This document shows, piece after piece, positions 11,431-24,536 of a stretch of DNA of 64,000 nt. The stretch's first letter is position 1. Every line of letters starts with the position of its first letter. Location of the stretch: positions 401,088-465,087 of the forward strand of contig DF236950.1 of NCBI GenBank assembly GCA_000708835.1, written 5' to 3'. The notes under the pieces are model-generated. The model was not told the origin of the DNA, did no database searches, and was given only the letters and a program-made list of their open reading frames with translations. Source of the DNA: Klebsormidium nitens (lineage: Eukaryota > Plantae > Klebsormidiophyceae). Position numbers and translations under genes: made by a program.

Positions 11431-14400
11431 TCATGTCCGTTTCTTGGACCCCTTCTTTCTCACGTTCTCCTTGAAGTGCTTGTATCTTTCACCTCCCGGC
11501 TTCTTGCCGCGATCATCCTTGTTGTTCCCTCGCCTCCGTTTCTGCTTCGACCACAGGGTTCCTTCCAGGGCCGCTGCCACTTCCGGAACGTCGTCATCGT
11601 TCTTGTCCCTCTGCAGAATCAGCAAGCAACAACAGAAGAGTGCGTTTGGTTTCCCTGTTGGTTACAATATATCTTGAGGAACAGCTACACGATCGCCGAG
11701 AAGCACGCTCGGAGTGGCCCGCCGAAACCCACAGGAATAACATCAGTCCAAGTTGCCTTCGAAGTTAGTGGTTAGCAATGGCGCAAGATACCCCCGATTG
11801 CAGAAAAATTGCAATTGTCTGGAGGCCTTATTATTGCCCGTAAAGAACGCGGGAGTCCCCGGCAAAGGACTGCTCGCAACATACCGTGAACGCAAAGCTC
11901 TTGAGCGGGTCGCTGTCCTTGTCCTTCTTCCGTTTCAGCCGCTTCCGCGCGAAGAACTGGCCGTCATTCCCCATGGCCTGGCGCGCCGCATTGACGGCGG
12001 ACGCTGCGGCTTTGGCTGTGGGGTCTTCCAGGTAAGCGGGGATGGTCCGCAGGTGCGGCGCGGCAGCCTGCTTCAGGAGGGGCTTGTCGTGCTTCAGCAG
12101 CTCTGCACGGCGAGGGGGAATTGTCAGTGTGGAACTAAGAGTGGGGGCTCCGGGCCTTGCAAAGCTGCATCAAGCCCAAGAGGTCTCCGGATTCTTTGAT
12201 GGAAGTGACGAGGACGAAGGTCTGAAACGGCAAGATCAGGTCCAATGTAAACTCAGAGGTCGAAGGACCGAAACGACTGGCGCTTGCATCGGACAAGACC
12301 TTCGAGGATGTGACAGGTATAGACTGGTTGCACAAATTTGCCGAGAACATGGGACTGTCTTTCGAAACACTCAAAGGGCATTGATGCAATTGTCCACTTA
12401 CCCAGCTCCACCGGGTTATCTTCGAAGTGGGTCTTCAATCTGAAAGCAAAATAAAAGCAGTGTGAGAAGAAAAACGGCGACATTCCGGCACGCTGAGCGG
12501 CTGGAGGTAGCGTACCAGTGCCTTTTCAACGAACAATCATACTTCGAAATTGAGCAGTTGTTGCCACACGCACGCAGGCACAGAGCAACTCGCAGAAACA
12601 CCGCCTGTGAAGCGTACCTTTCGGAGTTTAGAATCTCTAACTTAAGCTCCTTTGCCCGTGCTTCCTTTATGGCTACCCTCGTCACGCTGCGAGCTATGTC
12701 CTGCAAACCGGGAATGACAGAGGAGTAAGATTGCTGCTTGCGGTCCTGAAATCTTCTGCAGGCTTGAGGATGCGCCTCTTGTCGAAAGTCTTGAGAGCTT
12801 GATTGGAAAGTAAAAGTCGGGAGAGGAGATTGCGAAGAACATTGGGGGCGACTCGACAAATGAACAGAAGATACGAGCATAGGCATCCTAGGCGTCGGGA
12901 TTTGGATCGCCGACACTCGTCGCGCCGATGGATGGGACCAGATTCTTAAAAGTACAGCCCCTCATGGTAGGACAAACATTACGATGTCAGGCAAAGCTCC
13001 TCTCACCAGCCCCTGCTCTGACCTTCTAACCAGATGCCGGCTCACCTCTGCTCGGTACCTCAGCGCCTCAACAGCCTGTGACGTCAGCGACGGAAAGTCT
13101 CCAATGATGCTCCCGGGGGCCACGGACGGCGGCTCCTCCTCCCCCTCGCTCTCGTCGCCGCTCGCCGCCAGTGCTGACTCCACCCTCCCTATCAGCTCCG
13201 CCTGATCTGGTCGAACCAAGGAGACTGCAGTACCCGTGCTTCCGGCTCGCCCTGTCCGACCGATACGGTGGACGTAACCGGAGGGCGTGTCTGGAAGGTC
13301 GAAGTTAACCACCTGCGCAAGAGAGGGGGGCGCTGTTCTATTCGAGAGCTACCGAAAGCAATATGGATGACCAACATGCTGCAAAACTTGGAGCTGTCAA
13401 AGACATGATTGATTTTTTGTCGGGGGCGGAAGAGAACTCCTTACAGAGAACCTGCTAGATGTTAACAGATGCAGGAGGCGCCGATGCGGGTACATGCTGC
13501 GCAGCGACGCCCTTGTCCACCGGAAGTCAGTTTCCTGAAGGATTTCGCAAGGAGAACGCAACTTACCGTCCGAACGTTCTTGAAGTCGATCCCCCGCACT
13601 ACGCCAAACTCCTGGTCCCCCAGCCGCCGCTTCTTCTTCTTCGGCGGCTGCGCCTCTCCCTCTGCTTCCTCACCCCCCTCCTTGTTCTCGCCCTCCTCGC
13701 TTTTCTCCTGACCCTTCGAACCCTCTTTACTGCTCTTCTTCTTGGCCTTCGATGGCCCGACTTTGATGGCATCCGTAGCAATCAGGTAGTCAAAGAGACC
13801 CTTGTTGAACTCCTGCAATAGATGGCAGAGTCCGTCAGGTAGCAAGCAAGCAGTCTTGACACCGAGAGGAGGAGGTTCAAAGCTCCTCAGTCGACTTGGA
13901 CCCATTGCTAATGAACGCAGTCTGATGAGGAAGGACTTGTGAACGCCTGCGAACAGGCAAAGCACGATTGTACAGTGGCCTCACCTGGAGGATGTGTTGG
14001 CGCGAGTTCTGGGGGAGCTCTGAGTTCAGGACCGCTGTCCTGATGCCGAACTTCTCCAGAAATAACTTCAGCTTGAAGCCGGTGTCAATGGTGTTCACAA
14101 AAACAAGGGCCTGCAGGAGTGGTTACAACAGACGGTGAGTACAAGAAGGTCTAAACGACGGCACACATGCGAGTCAGAAAAGAGGCTTTGATTGAAAGGA
14201 AGATCAAGCGGACCCTAAAGGTAGTCTTTTGAGACGATCAGAAAGAAACGCAGGCACTGCTGTCCAGGTGCGATAAGGCACAAAGAAGAATAACCTGACC
14301 ACGTTGAGTTCAAAGGTAGGCAACAGATTAGTAGTCGAACAACAACAGCACCCAAGCCGACTAGATCAGAGAAAGCTGGAGCATTTCAAAAATGATGTGA

Positions 14401-17400
14401 AACAAAAAGAAACTGACACGGCCCAGCCGGTCCGCTTTGCCTCAGACATCCAAGGAAGGAGCCGCATCAGATCTCAAGCCTGGCGAAGCGAGACTCTCGG
14501 GGCGGGTACTGCGGATGTTTTGAGAAACGACCCATTTGGACGTCTCATCATCGGCAAAACGTAAGCTGGGCACGAGCTTCAGACATGGACACCGAGCAGA
14601 AAAACTCGGTGGACAGGATGTCGTATTCAGCAACCTTAGCAACCTCTCAAGCGCCTCAGTAGTTGAACCCAAGGAAAGGCAGTCTCCTTTAGGAGCAACT
14701 TCCTTCAAAGGGAAGGACATGAATCTTGAACACAACCTTTCAAGCCTGTATCCAAGGCGAAGCGGTAGGTTGCATCATACACATTGAACGAGAAGGACGC
14801 AAGCTCCAAACGATCCGTGTCGTCAAGTAAACCCGCAGATTGGAATACAGAGAGCTGTGGAGAGCCAAAATCATCGAGCTTCCTGGAAATTGCATCATCT
14901 CGCCTGGGCCGCGATGTGACATACCCAACAGTCGAAGCCAATGGTTCTTTCCCGCTCTTCGGATGGCAGAACCGTATCTGGACGACTGCGCACGGGCATA
15001 AACTTGGATCGTTCAACTATCGACTCTTCGGAAAAGTTCGTTTCTTCTTTCACAGTGTCACGCAACAGAAAGAGGAGGCCCCTGCTCACCTTTCTCTGAA
15101 TAAGTCCCAGCTTGAGCAGCGCAAGCATGTACAGCAGCTTATCGTGCTCTGGGCATCGAATCTGGGCGAGTGGTGAGGGCGCGTTCAGAAAGACGCTCAA
15201 AGCAGACCAGTGTCTTGTCTGAATGTTAGCTAGAGCCAGCTGAAGCCAAAGTTTCCTCATGTATCGAGTCGATTGGCTGTGCAACAATCGACCAACCACA
15301 AAGTCGAAAGTTCAGCATCCTGTGCAAAAATGAGCCATCATCACATCAGCTACCGGCAGCAACAATTGAGAAGCTTAGCTTCTTTATGTGTGTCCTCTCC
15401 GAGGATGTCTTATTGGGCAGCAACTACGACTCAGCTCTTCCGGAAACCCACCGCAAACTGCTGCACTGTTCTCGAGATGCCAGATCCTCCCGCCCCTTCC
15501 ACCTCAGTCAAAGTGAGGGTCACTGGATTGTGGAGCACCAGCTTTTTCAGACGATCTACATCAGCACTGCAAAGAATGGCAGAAATCGATTAGAACAAGC
15601 CGCAATAACTCTTCTGGAAGCTTCCTGGTTTGCACTTGTGTGTCGAAGGAGGGGTTGGGCCCTGCCAACAGTTCTGGGTGCCAAAACAGATTTGAAAGGA
15701 GCCCTCGTCAGTGTTCTCTTGGATCATTGACATGTCGACACTGACTTGAGGAAGATCAGCAAAACTACCGGCAACCAGTTTCGTGAAGAGACACAGAGCA
15801 GAGCCCCTCCTTCGAATTCTCTACTGCGCAGAACTAACCGGCTTTCCCCTCCTACAGGACCAAACTGCTGAGCGGAGAAGCGTGGACGCACCTGGTTGTG
15901 GCCGACATGAGGAGGCACTGGCACCTGCGCGGGACTTGCTGCGCCAGCTGCTTCAGGTCCTCCTCGTAACCGTACGACAGCAGCAAGTCAGCCTGGGCAG
16001 GCAACAGGTTGCGAATAACGCGTCAACCATCTGGCGCTTTACAGTTGCACAACCTAGAACGTTAGAAGTAGATTCCAGGGACTGTGGTGACACTATAAAA
16101 CAGGCGGCTTTCAGAAGCTGCTGAAGTACTTCATTACTTCACCCTAGAAGACAACTCCCAGGAGGGCAAAGATGATCAATCCGATGCTTTTCCTACCATA
16201 GGAGCACTGAGACCCATGTTCTGGTGGCGACTGAACTGCTCGCTGAAAAGTAGAACCAAACCCGCCTTGATTCCACAGAGACGCAGGCACGATAGCACCT
16301 ACTCTTCCAAAGAGCTTTCGTCATCATTCAATGTGTTTGCCTCAGATGTGTGTGTCCGAAGAGAAGGAGCACAACCCCACTCACCTCGTCCAGGACCAGA
16401 GTCTCCAGGCTTTGCTGCAGCCCCGCCACAGTGAGGGTGCCCTCACGGATGCAGGCGGCCACCCGCCCCGGAGTGGCCACCAGAACATCAGGCGACGCCG
16501 CCATCACAGCTTTCTGTAACAACGCAACAGATGATCAAACACCCACGCACTCACAATTGCGCGATCACATATCTTGTTGGAAATTGCAAACTCAGAACTG
16601 AACAGAACTCACTTCCCCGATTGATCTTCTCATGCAAAGAATACAAGCAAAAAATGCAAGCACCCGAGGCTTGGCGGCCCCACTCCATGCACTGGCGCGG
16701 CCTAAATCACCCCTCATTCTGGAAGGTTTTTGCCCCAAGGCCAGAGACATCAGCTACGAAAGAACCACTTCTGGCACTCAAAGCAATTTCCACGACCTGC
16801 GCACCATGATTGGGGCCCGTAACTTTTTGAACGACCTACACATGCCTTTTGAAGCCCAATGCAAATCGCAAATTGCAGGATTTATGGTGGTGGTATATGC
16901 TGGCGCTCACCTGAGCGGCCGCGTTCATAGTGGCCGTCAGCTGAGCAACTTTAATCAAGCCACCACAGTACTCTGCAATGCTGGCGGCCTCGTCTTGGAC
17001 CTGCACGGGAGTGCCGCTCTTTTGATTTCCCGCAAGCCGACCCCAAGCCTAGCTTCCTCAAGCATCTCCTTTGTCCATAATTCAACGCTGCCGCTTGTTG
17101 ATCCTTCTTTCCGTCAAGCCCCTTTCTATCGTCTACTGAAAGATGCCTCACACCACCATTACCTTGTTACCACAGGCTTCACCAGCGTACATTCCTGAAA
17201 ATTCCATTTTTGACACCACCTCACCTGCTGGCAAAGCTCCCTGGTTGGAACCAGGACCAAGCCTTTGAGGCCCCTCTTCCCCCCATTCCCATCCTCCGCT
17301 AGCTCGGAAACAATCTTGTGCAGAAGAGGCAAGAGATATGCGAGAGTCTTGCCGGATCCTGTGCGCGCTCGTGCAACAATGTCCTTGCCCTCCTGCAAAT

Positions 17401-17686
17401 CAACAGAAAAAGGGCTGAAAATAGAAAAGAAACCACACCACCCTGACATCATTGGTGAATCTCGATAAGAAACTTGTGCAATGAGGCTCTCATGCATTTG
17501 GAACAGGAAAGAAGGGTTTCAACTCACCAGCGCCAGGGGTATGCATTTTGCTTGCACCGCCGTTGGCTGCTTGAGCCCCTTCTTAACGAGAGCCCGAAGG
17601 AGGCGGGCGTCCAGGCCCATCTCTTCGAAGCTGCTGTCATCGAGGAGATCAGCAGCCGGCCCAGCTGGGGCAGCTTTCTCAGCCAT
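11431..17686 (-). CDS. DDX56: DEAD-box RNA helicase of the RH16/DDX56/DBP9 family (60S ribosome biogenesis), multi-exon
   Basis: Q motif [50 protein letters not shown]|[31 protein letters not shown] and [13 protein letters not shown]-terminal [21 protein letters not shown] and LLKHDKPL are typical of DBP9/RH16. Stop at 11431. Confidence 0.93.
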
Positions 17687-17788
17687 GGTGGTGCGCTTCA
17701 CTTTGCACAACCAAGACTCTGTTTTGACACGCAACTTGCTTGTCCTCGCGCCTTCTTGAAGTTGTGCAGTTTGGGAAGGCGTCGCTTT

Positions 17789-17797
17789 TTAGGGTTT
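17789..17797 (-). promoter_or_regulatory. Telo-box AAACCCTAA about 100 nt upstream of the RH16 ATG
   Basis: Exact motif upstream of a ribosome-biogenesis gene, the gene class where plant telo-boxes are enriched. Confidence 0.5.
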
Positions 17798-17833
17798 CTG
17801 TCGCCGGAGATTGCTAACGTGCTGGTCGGCTAA

Positions 17834-18171
17834 TACAGCTTTTTCAGGGCATGCTTCCCGGTTGCGTTCGATAGATAGGGTGTATTTAGCCTAAGTTTAG
17901 GCTAAGTTTAGTGAAAGTTCAGTCACATCACCAGATTGATTGACGTCATCTAAGATAGTGGCTATGACACGTGGAAGCATCTGGCGCGTCGGATGAAACA
18001 TGTCCGGTGTTTCTGCGGCTCGATGATCACCCCTGTTCTACCTTGGCGGCTGCCACTGCGGAAAGATGTTCGATGACGTCAAAGCAATAGCTAAAGTTTA
18101 GCTAAAATTTAGTATCTAAATAGACCCTATCTATCGATCGCAACCGGGAAGCATGCCCTGAAAATGCTGTA
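17834..18171. mobile_element. MITE-like element (17836-18169, 334 bp) with 54-bp terminal inverted repeats, flanked by TA; Tc1/mariner (Stowaway-like) type
   Basis: Left arm 17836-17889 (CAGCTTTTTCAGGGCATGCTTCCCGGTTGCGTTCGATAGATAGGGTGTATTTAG) is the reverse complement of 18116-18169 at 51/54 positions. TA lies at 17834-35 and 18170-71. Subterminal CTAA(A)GTTTAG-type repeats occur on both sides. There is no internal ORF. Confidence 0.8.
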
Positions 18172-18412
18172 GCAGTTGATGGTTTTGGTCAACAAAGATA
18201 TAATCCTTTTAAGGATCGTCACGAAGTACTACCAAGTAGACAGCAGTATTAGAAGTACCCGGTTAAGATCTCAGGTTGAGAGAACTTCGATTCACTCCTG
18301 CCTGGTTCGAAGTGCTGCGGCGACGCAGGAGCAGGCTCGCTTGCTTCAGTCCAGCAGCCAGCTCGAGTCCACTTCATAAAATTTCTATCTAGAGTTGATT
18401 GTTCAACGTCAC

Positions 18413-18451
18413 CACCACAGCATCACCACAGCACTGTGCAGCACCACAGCA
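18413..18451 (+). repeat. Three copies of CACCACAGCA upstream of the FtsH ATG
   Basis: Copies at 18413-18422, 18424-18433 and 18442-18451. Confidence 0.7.
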
Positions 18452-18532
18452 GCAAGCTTGCCGGAAAGGTGGTGGGCGCCTGGTTGCAGAAGTTGGCATG
18501 CCGTTGGTGGCCTGATCCTCTTTGCATCAGAT

Positions 18533-21500
18533 ATGGCTGCAGCGCTCGACTTCTGCAGCGGACTGGGTTTGACGCCACCAATTGCGGGCGGGAATCTACG
18601 GCGTGGCGAGGGCAGCTCTTTGGACGTTGCTGTCAGGAGGTTGCTCAGGTCTAGCTCAAGAGCACACCACCTTACCTTCTTGCGGCCTTCGCCGGTTGGC
18701 AGTTTGGGACAGTCACTTCTAGGAGCCCGCTTCTCGTCAAAGCTCGCCCCCCTTTGCAACCCTTGGGCAGTCACATCCAGCTTGGCTCAGTGGCTCGACT
18801 GCAGGCAGAGGCCCTTCTCTCAGCTGAGCCACCCTACAAACTCCATCAGGCGCAAGTGCCGGACTCACGCATCAGTCAGGAACTTTGAGTTGGTGGCAGA
18901 TGCTGCAGAGGACTTCGTGTGCAATGACGAGGATGATTACAAGGTTATAGAAGCGTCCACCCCAACTTATGCCCACCCCCCAGAAACCGTTCCCCCTAAA
19001 GGCCGTGGCTTCCTAGGCTTTCTTGTCTTAGCTGCGGTGTTGCTTGCTGTAGCATTCCACCCGCTTCCTGCATCTGCTGCGACCAGAAAGGCAGACCCCC
19101 CCCGCTCTGCTACCACCGCCCCATCAAATAGACCCCCCTTCAAGCAGCAAGACCGCAGGCACCTGAAATCCAGCTCCAACTCTCAAGAGCGGCACCCCGA
19201 TCCTCCCGCTGAGAAAGGCAACAGCGGGACGGACTTTGTGACTGGCCCCGCCCCTAGCAAAGAGGACCTAGATGCCGCAATTCGAGCACGGGTGCCCTAC
19301 AGCTGGTTCCTTGACGCGGCCGAAAACGGACTTGTAAAAGCGGTCTGGATCATGAATCACTGGGCGTTTGTGCTGCTCGAGGAGGGGACCGTGGAGTACA
19401 AGCCGCCCGAGGCGTCGTGGCTCGAGAAGATGGTCCAGCGGGACCTGGGGCTCGAGCGCAAGCCCCCCGCGAACGTGGTGACGGTGCGGCTGCCGGACGG
19501 GGACAACGTGACGGTGGGCGCGCTGCGCAAGGCGGGCGTGCGCTTCGAGGTGGTGCAGGGCCAGCCCGCGTGGACGGAGCAGCTGGCGAACGCGGGGCAG
19601 CTCATGTGGTATGCGCTGATGGGGACGCTGCTGTTCACGATGCTGGGCAGCGGGGAGATGGGGGGCCTCCCCGGGATGACGAACAAGAAGGCGAAGCTGT
19701 TCCAGGGGGGCAAGTCGGACACCAACTTCCAGGACGTGGCCGGGTGCGACGAGTCCAAGGAGGAGCTGGTCGAGGTCAGTGGGGCGGCTGCTCTAGTATT
19801 TGGGGTTTGGAGTTAAAAAAAGGTCAGAAACTCTAGGAGCACTGTTCTCTGACGTCTGACAAGCTTTCAGAGAGGTTTGTACTTGCTGGAGAGGTTTGTA
19901 CTTGATGGTTTGCCAAAATGATCACTCTATATGTGTGTCCAACTTTGATTCGAAGCAACTCTGATGGATAGGTGGTGGTGCACAAAACGACCTTGGTTTT
20001 TGTTGTGAAACAGGGTATGAGCGCACTCTTTCTAGGAGATCATGGCTTATCAAGTAAGCCTGGACTCGTTGAGACAGCCAGTTGTGGAGAGGTTGTTGAA
20101 GGGCTGTTCTCGTGAGCACCTTCTTTTGTTGAAGTAGTGTAAGGGCGGGATTCGAGACAGTCAGCCACACCTTGTTGAATTTGAAGCTCTTCTTGGCCTG
20201 AACTCCGTGCCCTCCCTGGTCTGTCTCGAGTATTGCCAAGATATTCTTCGAGCTCTGCAGAGTACAGTTGTCGGGAGGAAGGGGAAACGCTTGACCCCAG
20301 CCTCCTTTGCCTGTTCGCCTGCCCCTTTCTTGAGCCCTAGCTTAGTGGGCTCGTTTTGCAACATCAGCAACGAGTCTATGTTCATGCAGATCCTGTTTGT
20401 CCTCCCCTCAGGTCGTCGAGTTTTTGAAGAACTCGGAGAAGTACCGCGCCCTGGGTGCACGTGTGCCAAAGGGCGTGCTGCTCTGCGGGCCAGCCGGCAC
20501 TGGCAAGACGCTGCTTGCCAAGGCCGTTGCGGGGGAGGCGGACGTGCCATTCTTCTCCATCTCGGCGTCGGAGTTCGTAGAGATCTACGGGGGGATGGGA
20601 GCCTCCCGCGTGCGGAAAACGTTTGCGGACTGTCGGAAGAAGGCGCCATGCATTCTCTTCATTGATGAGTTGGACGCGATCGGGCGGTCGCGCTCGATGG
20701 GGCAGGTTGGGGGTTACGACCAAGAGCGGGAGCAGGTCAGCTTCTCTTCAAACATTATAAGCTGCCTTTAAGTCAAGTAGAAAGTCTTAGTAGGCTGTTG
20801 GGTTGTCGGGTGAGGCGTCTCTCATAGCAGTTCTTTTCAGATTTGGTAGAAAAGAACGGGACAAGCTTCTCAACATTCTACTCTGAAGTTCGGCATATCC
20901 GCACCAAGTCTGAAAGAATGATGCGATCGTTCGCGGCCTCAGATAGCCTTTCGGCCGAGGTCTGACGAACTAGGAGCGGCAGACGTCACCTTTCAGTAGC
21001 TCCGTTACCACTGCTTGGCCGTGAAAGCTCCTTGAGTTGAGATTTCTGGAGTCGTCACAATGTTACGTTCCTAAGGTAGTTCGTTGCTTTTGCAGACGCT
21101 GAACCAAATGCTGACCGAAATGGACGGCTTCGACTCGACCAAGGACAAGCCGGTGATTATCTTGGGGGCGACCAACCGGCCAGAGATTCTGGACACCGCC
21201 CTGCTGCGGCCGGGGCGGTTTGACCGAACGGTGACTGTAGACCGGCCGGACAAGAAGGGGCGGGAGGAGATTCTGCGGTTACATCTCAAGGTACCGCGCG
21301 GTGCACTGAGATCACCTTTTTGTCGTTCTTGTCTGCATTTTTTTATTCATTTCTGTGCCTGAAAGACTGGATTACACGGACGAGGAATGCGATCCTCTGG
21401 TGGCCAATCGCGTGTGGGCTTTACAGCAACCAACTTAAAAAAAATTCCAACAACAACCTACAAGTGATACTGAAAAGTTGACTCCGCTCATGGCTTGCGC

Positions 21501-23565
21501 TAAAGCAAAGTTTGATGCAGGCTATCAAGATTGACGAAAACCTGGACGTGTCGGCTATTGCGGGGAGCACGATCGGCTTCACGGGGGCAGACCTGGCCAA
21601 CCTGGTGAACGAGGCTGCACTGCTGGCCGCACGGAAGGTGAGGCCGGAGTATGTAAAAGCTTAGTAGCAAACTCAAATTGGCGAAAGAAAACAAATCCAG
21701 AGGACTTCCCAGATGGATTGTGGAACAGGAAGGAGGACTCTGTTTTCACCGGATTGATTGATCCGGGTGTAGCGGTTCAGATGATCGGTTGCGGATGAAT
21801 ATAATTGTAATCAGGCATAAAACTCCGTTTCAAGGGTTGCAAGGGAGCCTTCATAAGGTTACGTCACGAGGCAATAAATATACGAGCATACCCGCATATA
21901 AATCCTCAATCTGCGTCGTGTCAGCGCTTTTGTCTAACTCTTACCTCCTATCCGTTCTCCCAGAACCTGGAGCAGGTTGGTCGGGAGCAACTGATGGAGG
22001 CTGCGGAACGAAGTCGAGCAGGGCTGGAACGGAAGTCTCTCAAGGTAAGCAACAATATCATTTCACCCAAGATTTGCTTTAGCTCGTCACACGTTCACGG
22101 GTTGTCTCTTTAGTCCATCTTTGAAGTCACTTTGATCTCAGACCTTCGACGAACGACAACAGCGCCCGCCGTGCACCTTGCACGGGGGCTCGGAAACTAT
22201 GTCATCCCTCCATCGCAGAAGCACAAATCCATCTTCTTTGCAGGCTTCAGTGGGAGAAATTCAAAATCACCGAAACGTCAAACTTTACAATCCGAAAGCT
22301 TTAACTTTTGGCTGCAGGTGAGCGAGGAGGAGCGGCGCACGGTTGCCTTCCACGAGTGCGGCCACGCGCTGGTGGGCGCGATGTCGCGCGAGGTGGTGCG
22401 CAGCACGGTCACCAAGATCAGCATCGTGCCACGTGGCAGCGGCGCACTTGGCTATACGCTCAACGAGCCGCGCGAGGACCGTTACCTGCAGGGCGAGGAC
22501 GACATCCGTTCATTTATCGCCACCGCTCTCGCGGGCCGTGCCGCGGAGCGGCTTGTCTTTGGGCGGCTGACCTCGGGGGCGTCGGATGATTTGCAGGTAG
22601 GTTTTGAGAGGCTGGATGTTTGTTCTTCGGGTCCATTTTTGATGGCGCAATTGCTATATTGCCGCCGGCTGATGGAGGTGAGTGCCACTGTTGATCACGC
22701 GACTCTCGTTCGTGCGTTCATTCCTTCTTCTGCTTCCATTGGAATCTCGGCGGATTTGAAGCAGCTCTCTCTTGAGCATTACGAAAGCTCTTGGAACATT
22801 TATTTTTACGTTTGGTTCAAACCCTTGTGAGCCGGTTCTGAAGTTCTCGCCGTTTTCGTTTTGCAGCGAGCAACGGAGTCGGCGGAGCGCATGGTGACGT
22901 TGTTTGGGATGTCGTCCCGGGTGGGTCCCCGGGCGCTGCGCTCGCTGCGGCAGTCGTACCTGGAGGAGCACGGCTACGCGGGCGCGGCGCGGCAAGGGGG
23001 GCCGCAATTGCAGAAGACCGTCGATGACGAGATCGACAATATACTGCAGGTGAGGGCCGGCGGACAAACGGTGGCTTGAAGGAAGGGGAATGAAACATCT
23101 CGGAAAGTGTCTGATCGTGCGGTGTGTCCACGTCAGCAATGTCAGAGGGACTGTCGCAGAAGGATGTAAGGTGCCGGTATTCTGGGAACCTGCTAAAGGA
23201 AAATTCCGATTGTACAGCAAGCGAGTCGAAACGCAAGAGGTCGTGTCTTTGGGGTAAGCTTGTTCGCGCATAGGGGTGCGTTCATCTTCCTTCGGTAGAA
23301 TGATTTCGGGTCCCTCGTTTTCCTGTGGCAGGCTGCGGATGATTGGTGTCGGCGCATCCTGGTTCGGAACCGGGCTCTTCTGAACGAGATGGCGGAGAAG
23401 CTGCTAGTGGAAGAGGTGCTCCAAGAAAGTCAACTCGCCGACTTCTTGAAGCGGGCGGAGGCCCCCGATGGGCTGGAGGACTGGTTCAAAACGGGCAGCT
23501 TGCCGGACGGGTTCCACGGCGACAGCATATACCGGGAAGCGCCCGCGCTGTCGTTGCCAGGATGA
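18533..23565 (+). CDS. FTSH: Plastid FtsH zinc metalloprotease, FtsH7/9-like clade (multi-exon)
   Basis: Transit-peptide-like N-terminus, two hydrophobic segments, [83 protein letters not shown] (HExxH), GALGYT..EDRYL, LAGRAAE and SGASDD. Stop TGA at 23563-23565. Confidence 0.93.
19870..19904 (+). repeat. Short intronic direct repeat GAGAGGTTTGTACTTG x2
   Basis: 16-mer at 19870-19885 and 19889-19904 in FtsH intron 1. Confidence 0.75.
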
Positions 23566-24536
23566 CGAAGGGCTAGCGAGGGTCCGCATTGGCACCCTTG
23601 ACCGCTCGTCAATGTACAGCCGATCTCGGAACTCGCAAATACCCTGTACATAACAGTGCGGAAGTGTAGAAGATTCTCCGTGTTGCCGGCCACGACCATG
23701 GCATGCTGTGACTCAGCAGAGTATGGATGTTTTGCATATGTATGGCCGCACATAAGGTTGGCGCCCAAATCGGGCTGGCCTCAAAATACGCGTACGTGCG
23801 TCATGGCGGCATGAGCACTTGTCTGCAGGTATATATCAGAAAATTCCTGCTGGCCGCTGGTTTGGTAATCAGGTACGTGAGTCAACATATACCTGCATTC
23901 CTTTTCTAGCTGATTGGTTGATCTTCAATTAGCTGCATGCATGGGACACGTACCTGCGCGCCGCCAATTATGGTTGAGCGCGCGAGAATGCATGGCGCAT
24001 GGCAAGCTCGGGGTGGCGGGGGCATCATGGTGCATGGTACATAAAGTCAATTGACCGTCGTTGCGAGTAGAGCAGTGCCCGTGCGGCCTGCCAGCATGAT
24101 TAAAATGCAAACTCCGGCGCTTACAAGCATCTTCCGACGCTATCAACAAACGGAATCCATCGTTTAATGCAATGATTATATACAGCTCATGCTGGCGATG
24201 CTGAGACATGAACGTACGTCGTTCTGTCGATCATTGTAGGACCACTCACCAGATATGAGTGGTCTCTTACTAGTGCCTTTGTTGATCGATGGAAATCTGC
24301 TATAAGTTGATGCCATAAGTTGTATCTTAAGATGTTTAATATAACTTGTTAAGATGGGCCCGTCCTTTCTCTAAATCTGCTCTGCTAGTTGTGAGGTTAA
24401 TAATGCAATTGCAGAAGCAAAGACACTGAGTATGAAAGTAATGTGATGAGCAGTTGTGCTCCTCTGGCCGTAGCTAGCCGCCAACATCATCACACCCGAC
24501 TTTAGTCACTTTCATACGTGCCTGTTGCCCGGTACC

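Noticed and set aside
20915-20970. ATGATG...CTGA in an FtsH intron as a possible C/D snoRNA
   Set aside because: Imperfect box C, too short, and no terminal stem or recognisable guide.
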